A stretch of DNA of 64,000 nucleotides from Escherichia coli (GCF_013315695.1 NZ_CP054353.1), one strand, 5' to 3'. Numbered from the stretch's first letter, positions 38,813-50,816 are shown. Translations and numbers: made by a program. The notes: a model not told the origin generated them from the sequence alone.

Positions 38813-40315
38813 ATGACGACCGACCAACACCAGGAGATCCTCCGCACCGAAGGATTAAGTAAATTTTTCCCCGGCGTCAAAGCGTTAGACAACGTTGATT
38901 TCAGCCTGCGCCGTGGCGAAATCATGGCGCTGCTTGGTGAAAACGGGGCGGGAAAATCAACGCTAATCAAAGCATTAACTGGTGTATACCACGCCGATCG
39001 CGGCACCATCTGGCTGGAAGGCCAGGCTATCTCACCGAAAAATACCGCCCATGCACAACAACTCGGTATCGGCACCGTCTATCAGGAAGTCAACCTGCTA
39101 CCCAATATGTCGGTTGCTGATAATCTATTCATAGGTCGCGAACCCAAACGTTTCGGCCTTCTACGCCGTAAAGAGATGGAAAAGCGCGCCACCGAACTGA
39201 TGGCATCTTACGGTTTCTCCCTCGACGTGCGCGAACCGCTTAACCGTTTTTCGGTGGCGATGCAGCAAATCGTCGCCATTTGCCGGGCTATCGATCTCTC
39301 CGCCAAAGTGCTGATCCTCGATGAACCCACCGCCAGCCTCGACACCCAGGAAGTGGAGCTATTATTTGGCCTGATGCGTCAGTTGCGCGATCGCGGCGTC
39401 AGCCTGATCTTTGTCACTCACTTTCTCGATCAGGTCTATCAGGTCAGCGATCGGATCACCGTCTTACGCAACGGCAGTTTCGTAGGCTGTCGGGAAACGC
39501 GCGAGCTACCGCAGATCGAACTGGTAAAAATGATGCTGGGGCGCGAGCTGGATACCCACGCGCTACAGCGTGCCGGGCGAACATTGTTGAGCGACAAACC
39601 CGTTGCCGCGTTCAAAAATTACGGCAAAAAAGGAACGATAGCACCGTTTGATCTCGAAGTGCGCCCCGGCGAGATCGTCGGTCTGGCTGGCTTGCTGGGA
39701 TCCGGACGTACCGAAACCGCCGAAGTGATCTTCGGTATCAAACCTGCTGACAGCGGCACGGCGTTGATCAAAGGCAAACCGCAAACCCTGCGATCGCCAC
39801 ATCAGGCTTCAGTACTGGGCATCGGATTCTGCCCGGAAGACAGGAAAACCGATGGCATCATCGCCGCTGCCTCGGTGCGGGAAAATATCATCCTCGCTCT
39901 CCAGGCCCAGCGCGGCTGGCTACGACCCATTTCCCGCAAAGAGCAGCAAGAGATTGCCGAACGCTTTATCCGCCAGCTTGGCATTCGCACACCTTCAACT
40001 GAACAACCGATTGAATTTCTCTCCGGTGGCAATCAGCAAAAAGTGCTGCTTTCACGTTGGCTACTGACCCGACCGCAATTTCTGATCCTTGATGAGCCAA
40101 CCCGTGGCATTGATGTTGGTGCCCACGCCGAGATCATCCGCCTGATTGAAACGCTGTGTGCTGACGGTCTGGCGCTGCTGGTGATCTCCTCCGAACTGGA
40201 AGAGCTGGTGGGCTATGCCGACCGGGTGATCATCATGCGCGATCGCAAACAGGTGGCGGAGATCCCGCTGGCACAGCTTTCCGTTCCGGCGATCATGAAC
40301 GCCATTGCGGCGTAA
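38813..40315 (+). CDS. ytfR: YtfR, ABC transporter ATPase (duplicated ATP-binding cassette)
   Basis: 500 aa, two Walker A motifs (GENGAGKST and GLLGSGRTE) and LSGGNQQK signature. Confidence 0.9.
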   Translation: MTTDQHQEILRTEGLSKFFPGVKALDNVDFSLRRGEIMALLGENGAGKSTLIKALTGVYHADRGTIWLEGQAISPKNTAHAQQLGIGTVYQEVNLLPNMSVADNLFIGREPKRFGLLRRKEMEKRATELMASYGFSLDVREPLNRFSVAMQQIVAICRAIDLSAKVLILDEPTASLDTQEVELLFGLMRQLRDRGVSLIFVTHFLDQVYQVSDRITVLRNGSFVGCRETRELPQIELVKMMLGRELDTHALQRAGRTLLSDKPVAAFKNYGKKGTIAPFDLEVRPGEIVGLAGLLGSGRTETAEVIFGIKPADSGTALIKGKPQTLRSPHQASVLGIGFCPEDRKTDGIIAAASVRENIILALQAQRGWLRPISRKEQQEIAERFIRQLGIRTPSTEQPIEFLSGGNQQKVLLSRWLLTRPQFLILDEPTRGIDVGAHAEIIRLIETLCADGLALLVISSELEELVGYADRVIIMRDRKQVAEIPLAQLSVPAIMNAIAA

Positions 40316-40328
40316 GGAGAACAGTGTG

Positions 40329-41351
40329 ATGCCTCAATCTCTCCCTGACACTACGCCGCCAAAAAGGCGTTTTCACTGGCCGACGGGGATGCCGCAGCTG
40401 GCGGCACTGTTGCTGGTGCTGCTGGTCGATAGCCTGGTAGCCCCGCATTTCTGGCAGGTGGTGCTTCAGGATGGGCGTTTGTTCGGTAGCCCTATCGACA
40501 TTCTTAACCGTGCAGCTCCCGTTGCGTTACTGGCGATTGGTATGACGCTGGTGATCGCCACCGGTGGTATCGATCTCTCTGTGGGGGCGGTGATGGCTAT
40601 CGCCGGAGCCACAACGGCTGCGATGACGGTCGCGGGATTCAGCCTGCCGATTGTTTTGTTAAGCGCCCTGGGCACCGGCATCCTGGCGGGATTGTGGAAC
40701 GGCATACTGGTAGCGATCCTCAAAATTCAGCCGTTTGTCGCCACCCTGATCCTGATGGTCGCCGGGCGCGGCGTGGCGCAACTGATCACCGCCGGGCAGA
40801 TCGTCACGTTTAACTCGCCGGATCTCTCATGGTTTGGCAGCGGATCGCTGTTGTTCCTGCCAACGCCGGTCATTATCGCGGTGCTGACGCTTCTCCTGTT
40901 CTGGCTGTTGACCCGCAAAACGGCGCTGGGGATGTTTATCGAAGCCGTTGGTATCAACATTCGGGCGGCAAAAAATGCCGGGGTAAACACGCGAATCATC
41001 GTCATGCTCACCTACGTGTTGAGCGGGCTATGTGCGGCGATTGCGGGCATTATCGTGGCGGCGGATATTCGCGGTGCCGATGCCAACAACGCCGGATTAT
41101 GGCTGGAGCTGGACGCCATTCTCGCGGTGGTGATTGGCGGCGGATCGCTGATGGGCGGGCGCTTTAACCTGCTGCTCTCGGTAGTGGGGGCGCTGATTAT
41201 TCAGGGGATGAACACCGGAATTTTGCTTTCGGGCTTTCCGCCGGAGATGAACCAGGTGGTGAAAGCGGTGGTGGTGCTTTGTGTGCTGATTGTTCAGTCG
41301 CAACGCTTTATCAGTCTGATTAAAGGAGTACGTAGCCATGATAAAACGTAA
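40329..41351 (+). CDS. ytfT: YtfT, ABC transporter permease
   Basis: 341 aa from ATG 40329 (MPQSLPDTTPPKRRFHWPTG...), RBS aaggaga 8 nt upstream; track start is a TTG inside the ytfR 3' end. Confidence 0.85.
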   Translation: MPQSLPDTTPPKRRFHWPTGMPQLAALLLVLLVDSLVAPHFWQVVLQDGRLFGSPIDILNRAAPVALLAIGMTLVIATGGIDLSVGAVMAIAGATTAAMTVAGFSLPIVLLSALGTGILAGLWNGILVAILKIQPFVATLILMVAGRGVAQLITAGQIVTFNSPDLSWFGSGSLLFLPTPVIIAVLTLLLFWLLTRKTALGMFIEAVGINIRAAKNAGVNTRIIVMLTYVLSGLCAAIAGIIVAADIRGADANNAGLWLELDAILAVVIGGGSLMGGRFNLLLSVVGALIIQGMNTGILLSGFPPEMNQVVKAVVVLCVLIVQSQRFISLIKGVRSHDKT

Positions 41352-42333
41352 CTTGCCGCTGATGATCACCATCGGCGTCTTTGTGCTGGGCTATCTCTAC
41401 TGCCTGACCCAGTTTCCCGGTTTTGCTTCCACAAGGGTGATCTGCAATATCCTGACCGATAACGCCTTTCTTGGGATAATCGCCGTTGGCATGACCTTTG
41501 TGATCCTATCTGGCGGTATCGATCTCTCCGTCGGTTCGGTGATCGCCTTTACTGGCGTGTTTCTGGCAAAAGTGGTTGGCGATTTCGGCCTCTCGCCGCT
41601 GCTGGCGTTTCCGCTAGTGCTGGTGATGGGCTGTGCCTTCGGCGCATTTATGGGGCTTCTGATCGACGCCCTGAAGATCCCGGCATTTATCATTACGCTT
41701 GCGGGGATGTTCTTTTTGCGCGGCGTCAGCTATCTCGTTTCGGAAGAGTCGATTCCGATAAACCATCCCATTTATGACACGCTCTCAAGCCTTGCGTGGA
41801 AAATCCCTGGCGGCGGTCGCTTAAGTGCGATGGGACTGCTGATGTTGGCGGTGGTGGTTATCGGCATATTCCTCGCGCATCGTACCCGTTTTGGTAATCA
41901 GGTATACGCCATTGGCGGCAACGCAACGTCGGCGAATCTGATGGGGATTTCCACTCGCAGCACCACTATTCGCATTTATATGCTCTCCACCGGACTGGCA
42001 ACGCTGGCGGGGATTGTCTTCTCGATTTATACCCAGGCCGGATATGCGCTGGCGGGCGTAGGTGTGGAACTGGATGCTATCGCCTCAGTGGTAATTGGCG
42101 GTACGCTTTTGAGCGGTGGCGTTGGAACGGTATTAGGGACGCTTTTTGGCGTGGCGATTCAGGGACTGATTCAGACTTACATAAACTTTGATGGCACGCT
42201 GAGTTCCTGGTGGACGAAAATCGCCATCGGTATTTTGTTGTTTATTTTTATAGCATTACAGCGTGGATTAACGGTGCTGTGGGAGAATCGTCAGAGTTCG
42301 CCAGTGACAAGAGTCAACATTGCGCAGCAATAA
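41338..42333 (+). CDS. yjfF: YjfF, ABC transporter permease
   Basis: 331 aa, MIKRNLPLMITIGVFVLGYLYC..., paralogous to ytfT, overlaps ytfT 3' end. Confidence 0.85.
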   Translation: MIKRNLPLMITIGVFVLGYLYCLTQFPGFASTRVICNILTDNAFLGIIAVGMTFVILSGGIDLSVGSVIAFTGVFLAKVVGDFGLSPLLAFPLVLVMGCAFGAFMGLLIDALKIPAFIITLAGMFFLRGVSYLVSEESIPINHPIYDTLSSLAWKIPGGGRLSAMGLLMLAVVVIGIFLAHRTRFGNQVYAIGGNATSANLMGISTRSTTIRIYMLSTGLATLAGIVFSIYTQAGYALAGVGVELDAIASVVIGGTLLSGGVGTVLGTLFGVAIQGLIQTYINFDGTLSSWWTKIAIGILLFIFIALQRGLTVLWENRQSSPVTRVNIAQQ

Positions 42334-42365
42334 AAACGCCTCTCCGTGTGGAGAGGCGCAGGAGA

Positions 42366-43364
42366 TTACGCGTCCGGGAACTCACGGATAAAGCGTTCGA
42401 CATCTTCAACCATATGGTCGTTGCCGACAAAGAACGAACGGCGCTGGTGCAGGGTTTCCGGGATAATATCCAGAATACGCTCTTTGCCATCGCTCGCTTT
42501 ACCGCCCGCTTGTTCCGCCAGGAATGCCATCGGGTTGCACTCATACAGTAAACGCAGTTTACCGTCCGGGTGGCTGGCGGTGCTTGGGTAGAGATAAATA
42601 CCGCCTTTCAGCAGGTTACGGTGGAAATCCGCAACCAGTGAACCGATATAACGTGAGGTATACGGGCGGTTGGTGGATTTATCTTCTTCCTGGCAGAATT
42701 TAATGTACTTCTTCACCCCGTTCGGAAACTTAATGTAGTTTCCTTCGTTGATGGAGTAGGTTTTGCCTTTCTCCGGGAAGCGCATCCGTTCCTGGCACAG
42801 GCAGAAAACGCCCAGCGAAGGATCGTAAGTAAAGGCGTGAACACCGCATCCGGTGGTGTAAACCAGCATGGTAGAGGAGCCGTATACCACGTAACCTGCC
42901 GCAACCTGTTTGTTACCAGGCTGGAGGAAATCTTCTTCCGTTACCGGCGTGCCAACAGGCGTAACGCGGCGGTAGATGGAGAAAATGGTACCGACAGAGA
43001 CGTTAACATCGATGTTGGACGAGCCATCCAGGGGGTCCATCAGCACCACGTATTTTGCGTGTTCACAGCCTTCAAAGACGACAATCTCATCTTCTTCTTC
43101 AGAGGCAATCCCCGCAACGATATCGCGTGCTTTCAGTGCGGCTTTCAGTTTTTCATTAGCGAACAAGTCGAGTTTCTGCTGAACCTCGCCCTGCACGTTC
43201 TCAGCACCGCTGGCACCCAGGATATCAACCAGTCCTGCTTTGTTGATATCGCGATGGATAATCTTGGCGCCCAGTTTTATTGCCGACAGCAAAGCAGTGA
43301 GCTCACCGGTAGCATGAGAAAACTCGTGCTGCTTTTCGACAATAAATTCACCTAACGTTTTCAT
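42366..43364 (-). CDS. fbp: Fructose-1,6-bisphosphatase class I
   Basis: 332 aa from [45 protein letters not shown]... Confidence 0.95.
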
Positions 43365-43539
43365 AAAACTTTCCCTGCAATGTTTATGGAGTAAAGCGAC
43401 CGCAACAATCTTAACAAATAATCTCAATGTTGCGCTCAGGTGAATCGCGCCAGCAAATTGCGGATTATCCTGAAATGCGTTTCTCACTTGCCCGACATAT
43501 GCGTAAAATGAGCGGCAGATTAAAAAAGGATAGTGACGT

Positions 43540-44913
43540 ATGCGCATTCATATTTTAGGAATTTGTGGCACGTTTATGGGCGGTCTGGCGATGCTGGCGC
43601 GCCAGTTAGGCCATGAAGTAACGGGTTCGGACGCCAATGTGTATCCGCCGATGAGCACCTTACTTGAGAAGCAAGGCATTGAACTGATTCAGGGTTACGA
43701 TGCCAGCCAGCTCGAGCCGCAGCCGGATCTGGTGATTATTGGCAACGCCATGACCCGTGGAAATCCGTGTGTGGAAGCGGTACTGGAAAAAAACATCCCT
43801 TATATGTCAGGTCCACAGTGGCTGCACGATTTTGTGCTGCGCGACCGCTGGGTGCTGGCCGTTGCCGGTACACACGGCAAAACCACCACCGCGGGAATGG
43901 CGACCTGGATTCTGGAACAGTGTGGTTACAAACCGGGATTTGTGATCGGCGGTGTGCCGGGGAACTTTGAGGTTTCGGCGCGTCTGGGCGAAAGCGACTT
44001 CTTTGTTATCGAAGCGGATGAGTACGACTGCGCCTTCTTCGACAAACGCTCTAAATTTGTCCATTACTGCCCGCGTACGCTGATCCTCAACAACCTTGAG
44101 TTCGATCACGCCGATATCTTTGACGACCTGAAAGCGATCCAGAAACAGTTCCACCATCTGGTGCGTATCGTTCCGGGGCAGGGCCGTATTATCTGGCCGG
44201 AAAATGACATCAACCTGAAACAGACCATGGCGATGGGCTGCTGGAGCGAGCAGGAGCTGGTGGGTGAGCAGGGTCACTGGCAGGCGAAAAAGCTGACCAC
44301 CGATGCTTCCGAATGGGAAGTTTTGCTGGATGGCGAAAAAGTGGGCGAAGTGAAATGGTCGCTGGTAGGCGAACATAATATGCACAATGGCCTGATGGCG
44401 ATTGCAGCGGCTCGCCATGTTGGTGTAGCGCCGGCAGATGCCGCTAACGCGCTGGGTTCGTTTATTAATGCTCGTCGCCGTCTGGAGTTGCGTGGTGAAG
44501 CGAATGGCGTCACGGTATATGACGATTTTGCCCATCACCCGACGGCGATTCTGGCAACGCTGGCGGCGCTGCGTGGCAAAGTTGGTGGTACGGCGCGCAT
44601 TATTGCTGTGCTGGAACCGCGCTCGAATACCATGAAAATGGGGATCTGCAAAGACGATTTGGCACCTTCATTAGGTCGTGCCGATGAAGTCTTCCTGCTG
44701 CAACCGGCGCATATTCCGTGGCAGGTGGCAGAAGTGGCAGAAGCCTGCGTTCAGCCTGCACACTGGAGTGGCGATGTGGATACGCTGGCAGATATGGTGG
44801 TGAAAACCGCTCAGCCTGGCGACCATATTCTGGTGATGAGCAACGGCGGTTTTGGTGGGATCCATCAGAAACTGCTGGATGGTCTGGCGAAGAAGGCGGA
44901 AGCTGCGCAGTAA
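43540..44913 (+). CDS. mpl: Mpl, UDP-N-acetylmuramate:L-alanyl-gamma-D-glutamyl-meso-DAP ligase
   Basis: 457 aa, [31 protein letters not shown]..., Mur ligase motifs GTHGKTTT. Confidence 0.9.
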
Positions 44914-44915
44914 TT

Positions 44916-45045
44916 CGGCTTCAGCCTGATATAGCATTGCCGGATAAGGCGTTTACGCCGCATCCGGCATTTGAGCATAGTGCCTGATGCGACGCTTGAT
45001 GCGTCTTATCAGGCCTACAGGTGCACCGCATCCGGCAAACCATAC
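44916..45045. repeat. REP/BIME repeats
   Basis: several gccggataaggcgtttacgccgcatccggca / gcctgatgcgacgct units between mpl and yjgA. Confidence 0.65.
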
Positions 45046-45063
45046 TCACATCAACAACGAAAA

Positions 45064-45615
45064 TTACCCTTCGTTTTCCGCTAATTCGCGCAAATACTGG
45101 AAAATCTGGCGTGCGGATTTCGGCGGCTTATTCCCTTCTTTCTCTTTCTTCGCATTGCGGATCAGAGTACGCAGCTGCTGACGATCGGCATCGGGCCACA
45201 GATTCAATACTTCAGCGATAGCGTCATCTCCCTGGTCGATCAGACGATCGCGCAGGTTTTCCAGTTTATGGAACAGCACCACCTGCTGGTTATGACGGTT
45301 TTTCAGCTTATCCAGCGCCTGACGGATCGGTTCTACATCGCGCTGGCGCAGCATCTTACCGATGAGCTGCAACTGGCGGCGGCGACCTTCCATCTTAATA
45401 CGCTGGGCGAGCTCAATAGCCGCGCGCAGATCCGCATCTAACGGGATCTTATCCAGCGCGTTTTTCCCCAGATCAACAATTTCCGCGCCAAGGCGTTTTA
45501 GCTCCTCGGCATCACGTTTAATTTCACTTTTACTGACCCAGATAATTTCATCGTCTTCGTCTTCGATGTCATCACCGGGAACGTCGTCGAGCCAGTCTTC
45601 GGGCTGCTTAGTCAT
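45064..45615 (-). CDS. yjgA: YjgA (DarP), ribosome-associated DUF615 protein
   Basis: 183 aa, [43 protein letters not shown]... Confidence 0.85.
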
Positions 45616-45708
45616 CTCAGGCTCCTTAAAAAAAGAGGCTAATGTTACCAGTTAAGATGCGCACTGAAAAACGGTTCTCTGTTAGACTTCAGAGAAACTC
45701 TCTACATT

Positions 45709-47061
45709 ATGGCACTTGCAATGAAAGTAATCTCTCAAGTTGAAGCGCAGCGCAAGATTCTGGAAGAAGCAGTTTCCACTGCGCTGGAGTTGGCCTCAGG
45801 CAAATCGGACGGTGCGGAAGTTGCCGTCAGCAAGACCACCGGCATTAGCGTAAGCACGCGTTATGGTGAAGTGGAGAATGTTGAATTCAATAGCGATGGC
45901 GCGCTGGGGATCACTGTTTATCACCAGAACCGCAAAGGTAGCGCATCATCCACCGATTTAAGCCCGCAGGCCATTGCCCGTACTGTACAGGCGGCGCTGG
46001 ATATTGCCCGTTATACCTCGCCAGATCCCTGTGCCGGCGTGGCAGACAAAGAGCTGCTGGCCTTTGACGCACCAGATCTCGACTTGTTCCACCCTGCGGA
46101 AGTTTCCCCGGATGAAGCCATTGAACTGGCGGCCCGCGCAGAACAGGCGGCATTGCAGGCGGACAAACGCATCACCAATACCGAAGGTGGCAGCTTTAAC
46201 AGCCACTACGGTGTCAAAGTTTTTGGCAACAGCCACGGCATGTTGCAGGGTTACTGCTCAACGCGTCATTCGCTCTCCAGCTGTGTAATTGCCGAAGAAA
46301 ATGGCGATATGGAGCGTGATTACGCCTACACCATTGGCCGCGCGATGAGCGATCTGCAAACGCCAGAGTGGGTCGGGGCCGACTGTGCTCGCCGTACTTT
46401 ATCGCGCCTGTCACCGCGTAAACTCTCCACCATGAAAGCGCCGGTCATTTTTGCCAATGAAGTGGCAACCGGGCTTTTTGGCCATCTGGTGGGGGCGATA
46501 GCGGGTGGCTCGGTTTACCGTAAATCTACCTTTCTGCTGGATTCGCTGGGTAAACAAATTCTGCCGGACTGGCTGACCATTGAAGAGCATCCGCATCTGC
46601 TGAAAGGGCTGGCGTCGACGCCATTCGACAGCGAAGGTGTGCGCACCGAGCGTCGCGATATTATTAAAGATGGCATCCTGACTCAGTGGCTGCTGACCAG
46701 CTACTCGGCGCGGAAACTGGGGCTGAAAAGCACCGGACATGCGGGCGGTATTCACAACTGGCGGATTGCCGGACAAGGGCTAAGCTTCGAACAAATGCTC
46801 AAAGAGATGGGCACCGGGCTGGTGGTGACGGAGCTGATGGGCCAGGGCGTGAGTGCCATTACCGGTGATTATTCCCGTGGTGCAGCGGGCTTCTGGGTAG
46901 AGAATGGCGAAATTCAGTATCCCGTTAGTGAAATCACCATCGCAGGTAATTTAAAAGATATGTGGCGCAATATTGTCACCGTCGGTAACGATATTGAAAC
47001 ACGCAGTAATATACAGTGTGGTTCTGTGCTGTTGCCGGAGATGAAAATCGCCGGGCAGTAA
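45709..47061 (+). CDS. pmbA: PmbA (TldE), metalloprotease subunit
   Basis: 450 aa, PmbA/TldD family. Confidence 0.9.
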
Positions 47062-47240
47062 AAAACTGGCGCGACCTGCCGCGCTATAAACTAAAAAATT
47101 ACACAAAATCATTCGCACTGCATCGAGACGGAAAGTGAATGAGGGCCGGGGAGCGTACTCGCAGTACGTGACCCGGGCGAATGAGCGTAGCCGTCGATGA
47201 GGCAGTGTGAAGGATGAAGTGTAAATAAAAAAGGAAGTGA

Positions 47241-47630
<390 letters not shown>

Positions 47631-47640
47631 TTCCTCATTT

Positions 47641-47668
47641 CCCTGTTGCCTGCACTCAGGTAACAGGG
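47641..47668. terminator. Hairpin terminator between convergent cybC and nrdG
   Basis: ccctgttgcctgcactcaggtaacaggg inverted repeat. Confidence 0.55.
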
Positions 47669-47674
47669 AACTTA

Positions 47675-48139
47675 TCATCGCAAATGATGCACCACCTGAT
47701 TGCTGCTGCCGCGCCAGATCAGGGAAGGGTCTTTTAAATCCTGCACAAATTTGCCGTCGACCAGCACGTTAATCAAATCAACAACCTGCATTTGCGCAGC
47801 GTTGAGTTCGTCGAGTTTATAGCCTGTCCACACCCAGATGTCTTTACCCGGACACTCGGCGCGGATGCGTTTTACCAGTTTCAGAATATCCGGCACGTTT
47901 TGCGGATGCAGCGGATCGCCGCCGGAGAGGGAAATCCCCTGGCGTTTGATACGAGTGTCATTCAGATCTTTAATGATCTTGTCTTCCATTGCTTTGGTAA
48001 ATGGCTGACCAGAATTTACCCGCCATGTGCTTTTGTTATAGCAACCGGGGCATTCATGAACACACCCGGAGACAAACAGGGTGCAGCGAGTGCCGGGGCC
48101 GTTGACGATGTCGACAGGATAGTACTGATGATAATTCAT
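47675..48139 (-). CDS. nrdG: NrdG, anaerobic ribonucleotide reductase activating protein (radical SAM)
   Basis: 154 aa, MNYHQYYPVDIVNGPGTRCTLFVSGCVHECPGCYNKSTW... Confidence 0.9.
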   Translation of the reverse strand: MNYHQYYPVDIVNGPGTRCTLFVSGCVHECPGCYNKSTWRVNSGQPFTKAMEDKIIKDLNDTRIKRQGISLSGGDPLHPQNVPDILKLVKRIRAECPGKDIWVWTGYKLDELNAAQMQVVDLINVLVDGKFVQDLKDPSLIWRGSSNQVVHHLR

Positions 48140-48164
48140 TATTTCGCCTGGCTTATCAGTCCGC

Positions 48165-48290
<126 letters not shown>

Positions 48291-48296
48291 TGAAGA

Positions 48297-50435
48297 TTAA
48301 CCTATCTGCCCATTCCCCAAATGTTTAACGCGGCGCTTAACTTCTTCCTGCTTACCAGCGTTAAACGGACGTGCATCCGGGCTACCTAAATATCCGCACA
48401 CGCGGCGAGTTACCGACACACGGGAGGCGTCATGGTTACCACATTTCGGGCAAGTGAAGCCTTTGCTGGTGCACTCGAACTCACCGGTAAAGCCACACTC
48501 GTAGCACTCATCAATCGGTGTATTGGTGCCGTAATACGGTACATGCTGATAGCTGTAATCCCAGACATCTTCCAGCGCTTTCAGGTTGTGCTGAATGTTT
48601 GGATACTCGCCGTAGCAAATGAAACCACCGTTCGCCAGCGGCGGGTAAGGCGCTTCAAAGTCGATCTTGTCGTACGGGTTCACCTTCTTCTCCACATCAA
48701 GGTGGAAACTGTTGGTGTAGTAACCTTTATCGGTCACGCCCGGCACCACGCCAAACTCAGCAGTATCGAGACGGCAGAAGCGGTCGCACAGGTTTTCACT
48801 CGGCGTGCTGTAGAGACTGAAACCATAACCCGTTTCTTCTTTCCACTGATCCACTGCCTGACGCAGACGTTCAACAATGGCGATACCTTTCGCGCGAAGC
48901 TGCTCGTTGTCGTAAACATGCTCGCCGCCGAACAGCGCGTTAATGGTTTCGTGGATGCCGATGTAACCCAGCGAAATAGACGCACGACCGTTTTTGAAGA
49001 TTTCAGAAACATCATCGTCAGCATTCAGACGTACGCCACAAGCACCTTCCATATAGAGGATCGGGGCGACGCGCGCTTTCACGCCTTCGAGACGAGCGAT
49101 ACGGGTCATCAGTGCCTTACGTGCCAGCACCAGACGTTCATCCAGCAGCTTCCAGAAGGTGGCTTCATCGCCTTTTGCTTCCAGAGCAATACGCGGCAGG
49201 TTCAGGCTGATCACGCCGAGGTTGTTACGACCATCGTGGATCTGCTCGCCGTTTTCATTTTCCCACACGCCGAGGAAGCTGCGGCAGCCCATCGGGGTTT
49301 TAAACGAACCGGTGACTTTCACTACCTGATCGTAGTTCAGGATATCCGGATACATGCGCTTGCTTGCGCACTCCAGCGCCAGCTGTTTGATGTCGTAGTT
49401 CGGATCGCCTTTTTTATGGTTCAGGCCATCGCGAATCGCAAACACCAGTTTCGGGAACACCGCAGTTTTACGGTTTTTACCGAGGCCTGCGATACGGTTA
49501 CGCAGGATCGATTCCTGAATCAGGCGCGATTCCCAGCTGGTGCCCAGACCAAAACCAAAGGTTACAAACGGCGTCTGACCGTTGGCGGTGTGCAGGGTGT
49601 TTACTTCGTACTCCAGCGACTGGAAGGCATCGTAGCACTCTTTGATGGTACGAGAGTTAGCGTAGCCTTCGGCGTCCGGGATGTTCCACTCTTCTGCGGT
49701 CTTGCGATGTTTGTTGTAGCTGGCGGTAACAAACGGCGCCAGCACTTCATCGATACGGTTAATGGTGGTGCCGCCATAAATATGGCTGGCGACCTGAGCA
49801 ATAATCTGCGCAGTTACCGCGGTTGCCGTAGAGATCGACTTCGGCGGTTCAATCTCGGCGTTCCCCATTTTAAAGCCCTGGGTCAGCATGCCTTTCAGGT
49901 CGATCAACATGCAGTTGAACATCGGGAAGAACGGCGAGTAATCGAGATCGTGATAGTGAATATCGCCACGCTCATGTGCCTGCACCACGTCACGCGGCAG
50001 CAGGTGCTGGCGTGCATAGTGTTTAGCCACGATCCCGGCCAGCAGGTCGCGCTGGGTTGGAATCACCTTGCTGTCTTTGTTGGCGTTTTCGTTGAGTAAC
50101 GAGGCGTTGGTCTGCTCGACCAGACCACGGATCTCCTGGTTCAGGCGACCGCGTTTTTCACGTTCAATGTCGCGATCGTGACGGTACTCGATGTAAGCAC
50201 GAGCCAGTTGTTTGTATGGACCCGACATCAGCTGGTTTTCAACTGCGGTCTGGATCTCGTTGATATCCACCTGGTTGCGGCCCTGCATCTGCTCGCTGAC
50301 AACCGCGGCAACAGTGGCGCAATAATCGGCATCATCGACTTCCGCTGCTTTAGCTGCACGCAGAATCGCTTCTTTGATGCGCTCTGATTTAAACGGCACT
50401 TTGCAGCCGTCTCGTTTCATCACATGCGGTGTCAT
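48297..50435 (-). CDS. nrdD: NrdD, anaerobic ribonucleoside-triphosphate reductase (class III)
   Basis: 712 aa, N-terminal ATP-cone, C-terminal glycyl-radical region and zinc-ribbon cysteines. Confidence 0.95.
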   Translation of the reverse strand: MTPHVMKRDGCKVPFKSERIKEAILRAAKAAEVDDADYCATVAAVVSEQMQGRNQVDINEIQTAVENQLMSGPYKQLARAYIEYRHDRDIEREKRGRLNQEIRGLVEQTNASLLNENANKDSKVIPTQRDLLAGIVAKHYARQHLLPRDVVQAHERGDIHYHDLDYSPFFPMFNCMLIDLKGMLTQGFKMGNAEIEPPKSISTATAVTAQIIAQVASHIYGGTTINRIDEVLAPFVTASYNKHRKTAEEWNIPDAEGYANSRTIKECYDAFQSLEYEVNTLHTANGQTPFVTFGFGLGTSWESRLIQESILRNRIAGLGKNRKTAVFPKLVFAIRDGLNHKKGDPNYDIKQLALECASKRMYPDILNYDQVVKVTGSFKTPMGCRSFLGVWENENGEQIHDGRNNLGVISLNLPRIALEAKGDEATFWKLLDERLVLARKALMTRIARLEGVKARVAPILYMEGACGVRLNADDDVSEIFKNGRASISLGYIGIHETINALFGGEHVYDNEQLRAKGIAIVERLRQAVDQWKEETGYGFSLYSTPSENLCDRFCRLDTAEFGVVPGVTDKGYYTNSFHLDVEKKVNPYDKIDFEAPYPPLANGGFICYGEYPNIQHNLKALEDVWDYSYQHVPYYGTNTPIDECYECGFTGEFECTSKGFTCPKCGNHDASRVSVTRRVCGYLGSPDARPFNAGKQEEVKRRVKHLGNGQIG

Positions 50436-50596
50436 GATCGCTCCATATTTTTAAGAACAGGTTATCCACAGAAATTGGGAAAGGCGTTTTCCGGTTTTTT
50501 CGTTTCGTTTTCCGGTGCTTTCCGCAATCGCCATCCGCTTATCCACAACGCCGCACCTTTTTCGTGGGGAGCTGTAGTAGCAATTATAGTCGATTA

Positions 50597-50643
50597 ATAC
50601 AACATATTGGGTTGGGACGCATTTTAAAGTCTATATATAGTGC
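50597..50643. promoter_or_regulatory. Two candidate NrdR boxes in the nrdDG promoter
   Basis: gtctatatatagtgc (50629-50643) fits the NrdR-box palindrome well; a weaker atacaacatattgg at 50597-50610, about 32 bp away. Confidence 0.45.
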
Positions 50644-50670
50644 TTTGCATCAAGGATGTTTTAACTTTTT

Positions 50671-50684
50671 TTGATGTAGCTCAA
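50671..50684. promoter_or_regulatory. FNR binding site upstream of nrdDG
   Basis: TTGATgtagCTCAA matches TTGAT-N4-ATCAA at 9 of 10 positions. Confidence 0.55.
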
Positions 50685-50787
50685 AGTAAAAAGCAGAGCG
50701 TACGGATGACGGGCGCTACAGCGTTATGTAAATTTTTTAATGAATTTGCTGGTTGAAAAATCAACAAAAACAACATGCTGACAGACA

Positions 50788-50816
50788 AAACCCCGGAATG
50801 ACCGGCATTACCGGGG
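50788..50816 (-). terminator. Rho-independent terminator of treBC
   Basis: ccccggtaatgccggtcattccgggg hairpin followed by tttt on the minus strand. Confidence 0.7.

Noticed and set aside
48432-50099. 555-aa plus-strand ORF antisense to nrdD
   Set aside because: Shadow ORF; nrdD on the minus strand is clearly the real gene.
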